NCBI RefSeq assembly: GCF_009834535.1
Contig: NC_045697.1
Span: forward strand, 3,722,001 to 3,786,000
Length of the DNA: 64,000 nucleotides
Origin: Camelus ferus
Lineage: Eukaryota
Reading direction: 5' to 3'
A program made the translations under genes and the position numbers. Shown in pieces: positions 62,468-64,000 of the stretch (within the stretch, counting starts at the first letter, position 1; each line of letters begins with the position of its first letter). The notes beneath the pieces were generated by a model. That model did no database searches and was not told where the DNA came from. It saw nothing but the letters and a program-made list of their open reading frames with translations.

Positions 62468-64000
62468 CTACAACAACAAAGGTCAGAGGTCATTTCCAAA
62501 GCCAGAGGGTCAGACTCACGGTTCGGGCAAAGCCCCTTAACGTTTCCGCAAAGGTTCACTGGACTACCTCCTACTGACAGCGTTATCCCCCCTCCCGAAG
62601 GATGCTCCTGCAGGGGACTGGGCTGACCAAATGGATGTCAGCGCAGGAAAGAACCCTGACTGATTCCCTGCGTGAGAAAGTGCAGATCAGAGAGGCGCAC
62701 CCGTGTCCAGGCTCATGTGGGAGCTGGTGGCCCAGGAATCAGAACCCACATCAGAGATGCTGGCTCTGTTCCCCTGGTTCCCCAAGAGGAGGAGCAGGGC
62801 CAGCCAGCACTGGCCGTTTTGCCCGCAACAAACCCAGCTCTCTGGCGTCTGGGAGGTTAACAGGACATGGTGGGGGCGGGTGGCAGCCAGACCCTAAGGT
62901 GCCCACTGCGTCCCAGTCCCACCTCTGTGTCTAGACCAGAGAACAGCCCCGGCCCAGGTCCCCTGCACAGGAGGTCCCACTCCCAGCCTCCCAAACAGAA
63001 GGGCTGAGGCCCAGTGTGTCCCTTTCCTAGGTGGCAGTCAGATGACCAGGAAAGAACCTCTTAAAGTGGGTGGAGGACCGCAACCAATGACACCCTCAAT
63101 GGGCCCCAGCGAGCATGCGTTCCTACCAGACAGTAACCCATGAGCACAGGGTTATTAATGGGAGGAAATTGTACAACCCCCTCAATCTTTTCCTTCTGCC
63201 AAGAGGCCTCTTCCTTAAAGTCAACCGCTAAAGCCACTTCAGAAAGTAACTGCCCGAAGTGCGCACTCATTCAGCCAGCAGCCACTTCTCACCCGCTGCA
63301 TGCACCCCTCACCTGGTCCTCTCAGCTCCAGCAGCCGCCAAGGCACAGAGGCCGCCTTCCGCCCCAGAAATGCTCATCCCTCGAGACTGGAATGGTCTCT
63401 GCACCCCCAAAAGCCAAACTGGAGTCAAAGAAACCAGCCCACCCGGGCTGACCCTGCTGACAAACTGGGCACCGGGGGGAGGGAGGTCCTCGTGGCACAG
63501 TGACTGGCCAGCTCGGCTCCTGGCCGGGATGGAGCCGCACGGAGGGCGGGGCTTAAAGCCATCAGAACAAAGAAGGCAAGACCCGCACCTAACCTGCGAG
63601 GCCTCCTTCTGAGCACCGCAAAGAGAAGTGGGAAGATCAGGACTAAAACTGGACGCTGTCTCATGGGGATGGGCTGGCCACATGGTTTCTTATTTAAAAA
63701 TCACTATTAGCATCAATTCTCTAACACTTTCCCAGAAGACATTTGGTCCAAAAACGAACAAACAAACAAACAAATCCCAAAAGCAAATCACAACCATTCC
63801 CAGCAGCTACTGTCACTGTGACCAGTCTGGCCACTCCTGCCTCGGAGCCTCGAGTTTTCACCAGTAAAGGAGCCAAGGGCAGCCTGCCCACCCTGCCTTT
63901 CCAGCCGCTCACCAGAAGCACCCCCCCCACAGGCAGAGAGGTGCTGGAGGACCTTAATGCTTTTCTGCCCACCCCACCTTGGGGCCGGAAGCCCCCATAA

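Overview
GC-rich mammalian genomic DNA, most likely a camelid (alpaca/llama/camel), inferred from tRNA-Ala(AGC)-derived Vic-1-type SINEs and the absence of recognisable Alu or Bov-tA elements. The right quarter holds two convergent protein-coding genes. GRPEL1 is complete: + strand, 4 coding exons of 62+163+82+347 = 654 nt, 217 aa, CpG-island promoter at ~50.0-50.9 kb. TADA2B (- strand) is represented by its large terminal exon and 3'UTR; exon 1 lies beyond the window. The left ~48 kb has no credible coding sequence. It is a mosaic of old MaLR/ERVL LTRs, L1, L2, MIR, hAT MITEs, microsatellites and younger SINE/L1/LTR insertions, with several non-repetitive islands that look regulatory. By synteny with human 4p16.1 it should be the interval toward SORCS2 (inference). 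I found no convincing previously undescribed biological system. The best leads are regulatory: a near-consensus CTCF site with upstream motif at 48.3 kb, an oppositely oriented CTCF-like site in an orphan CpG-rich island at 39.3 kb, a minisatellite at 45.4 kb with a palindromic core, PBX/HOX/MEIS motif clusters, and an in-frame upstream ATG ahead of the GRPEL1 presequence. Repeat family names and boundaries are by eye and approximate.
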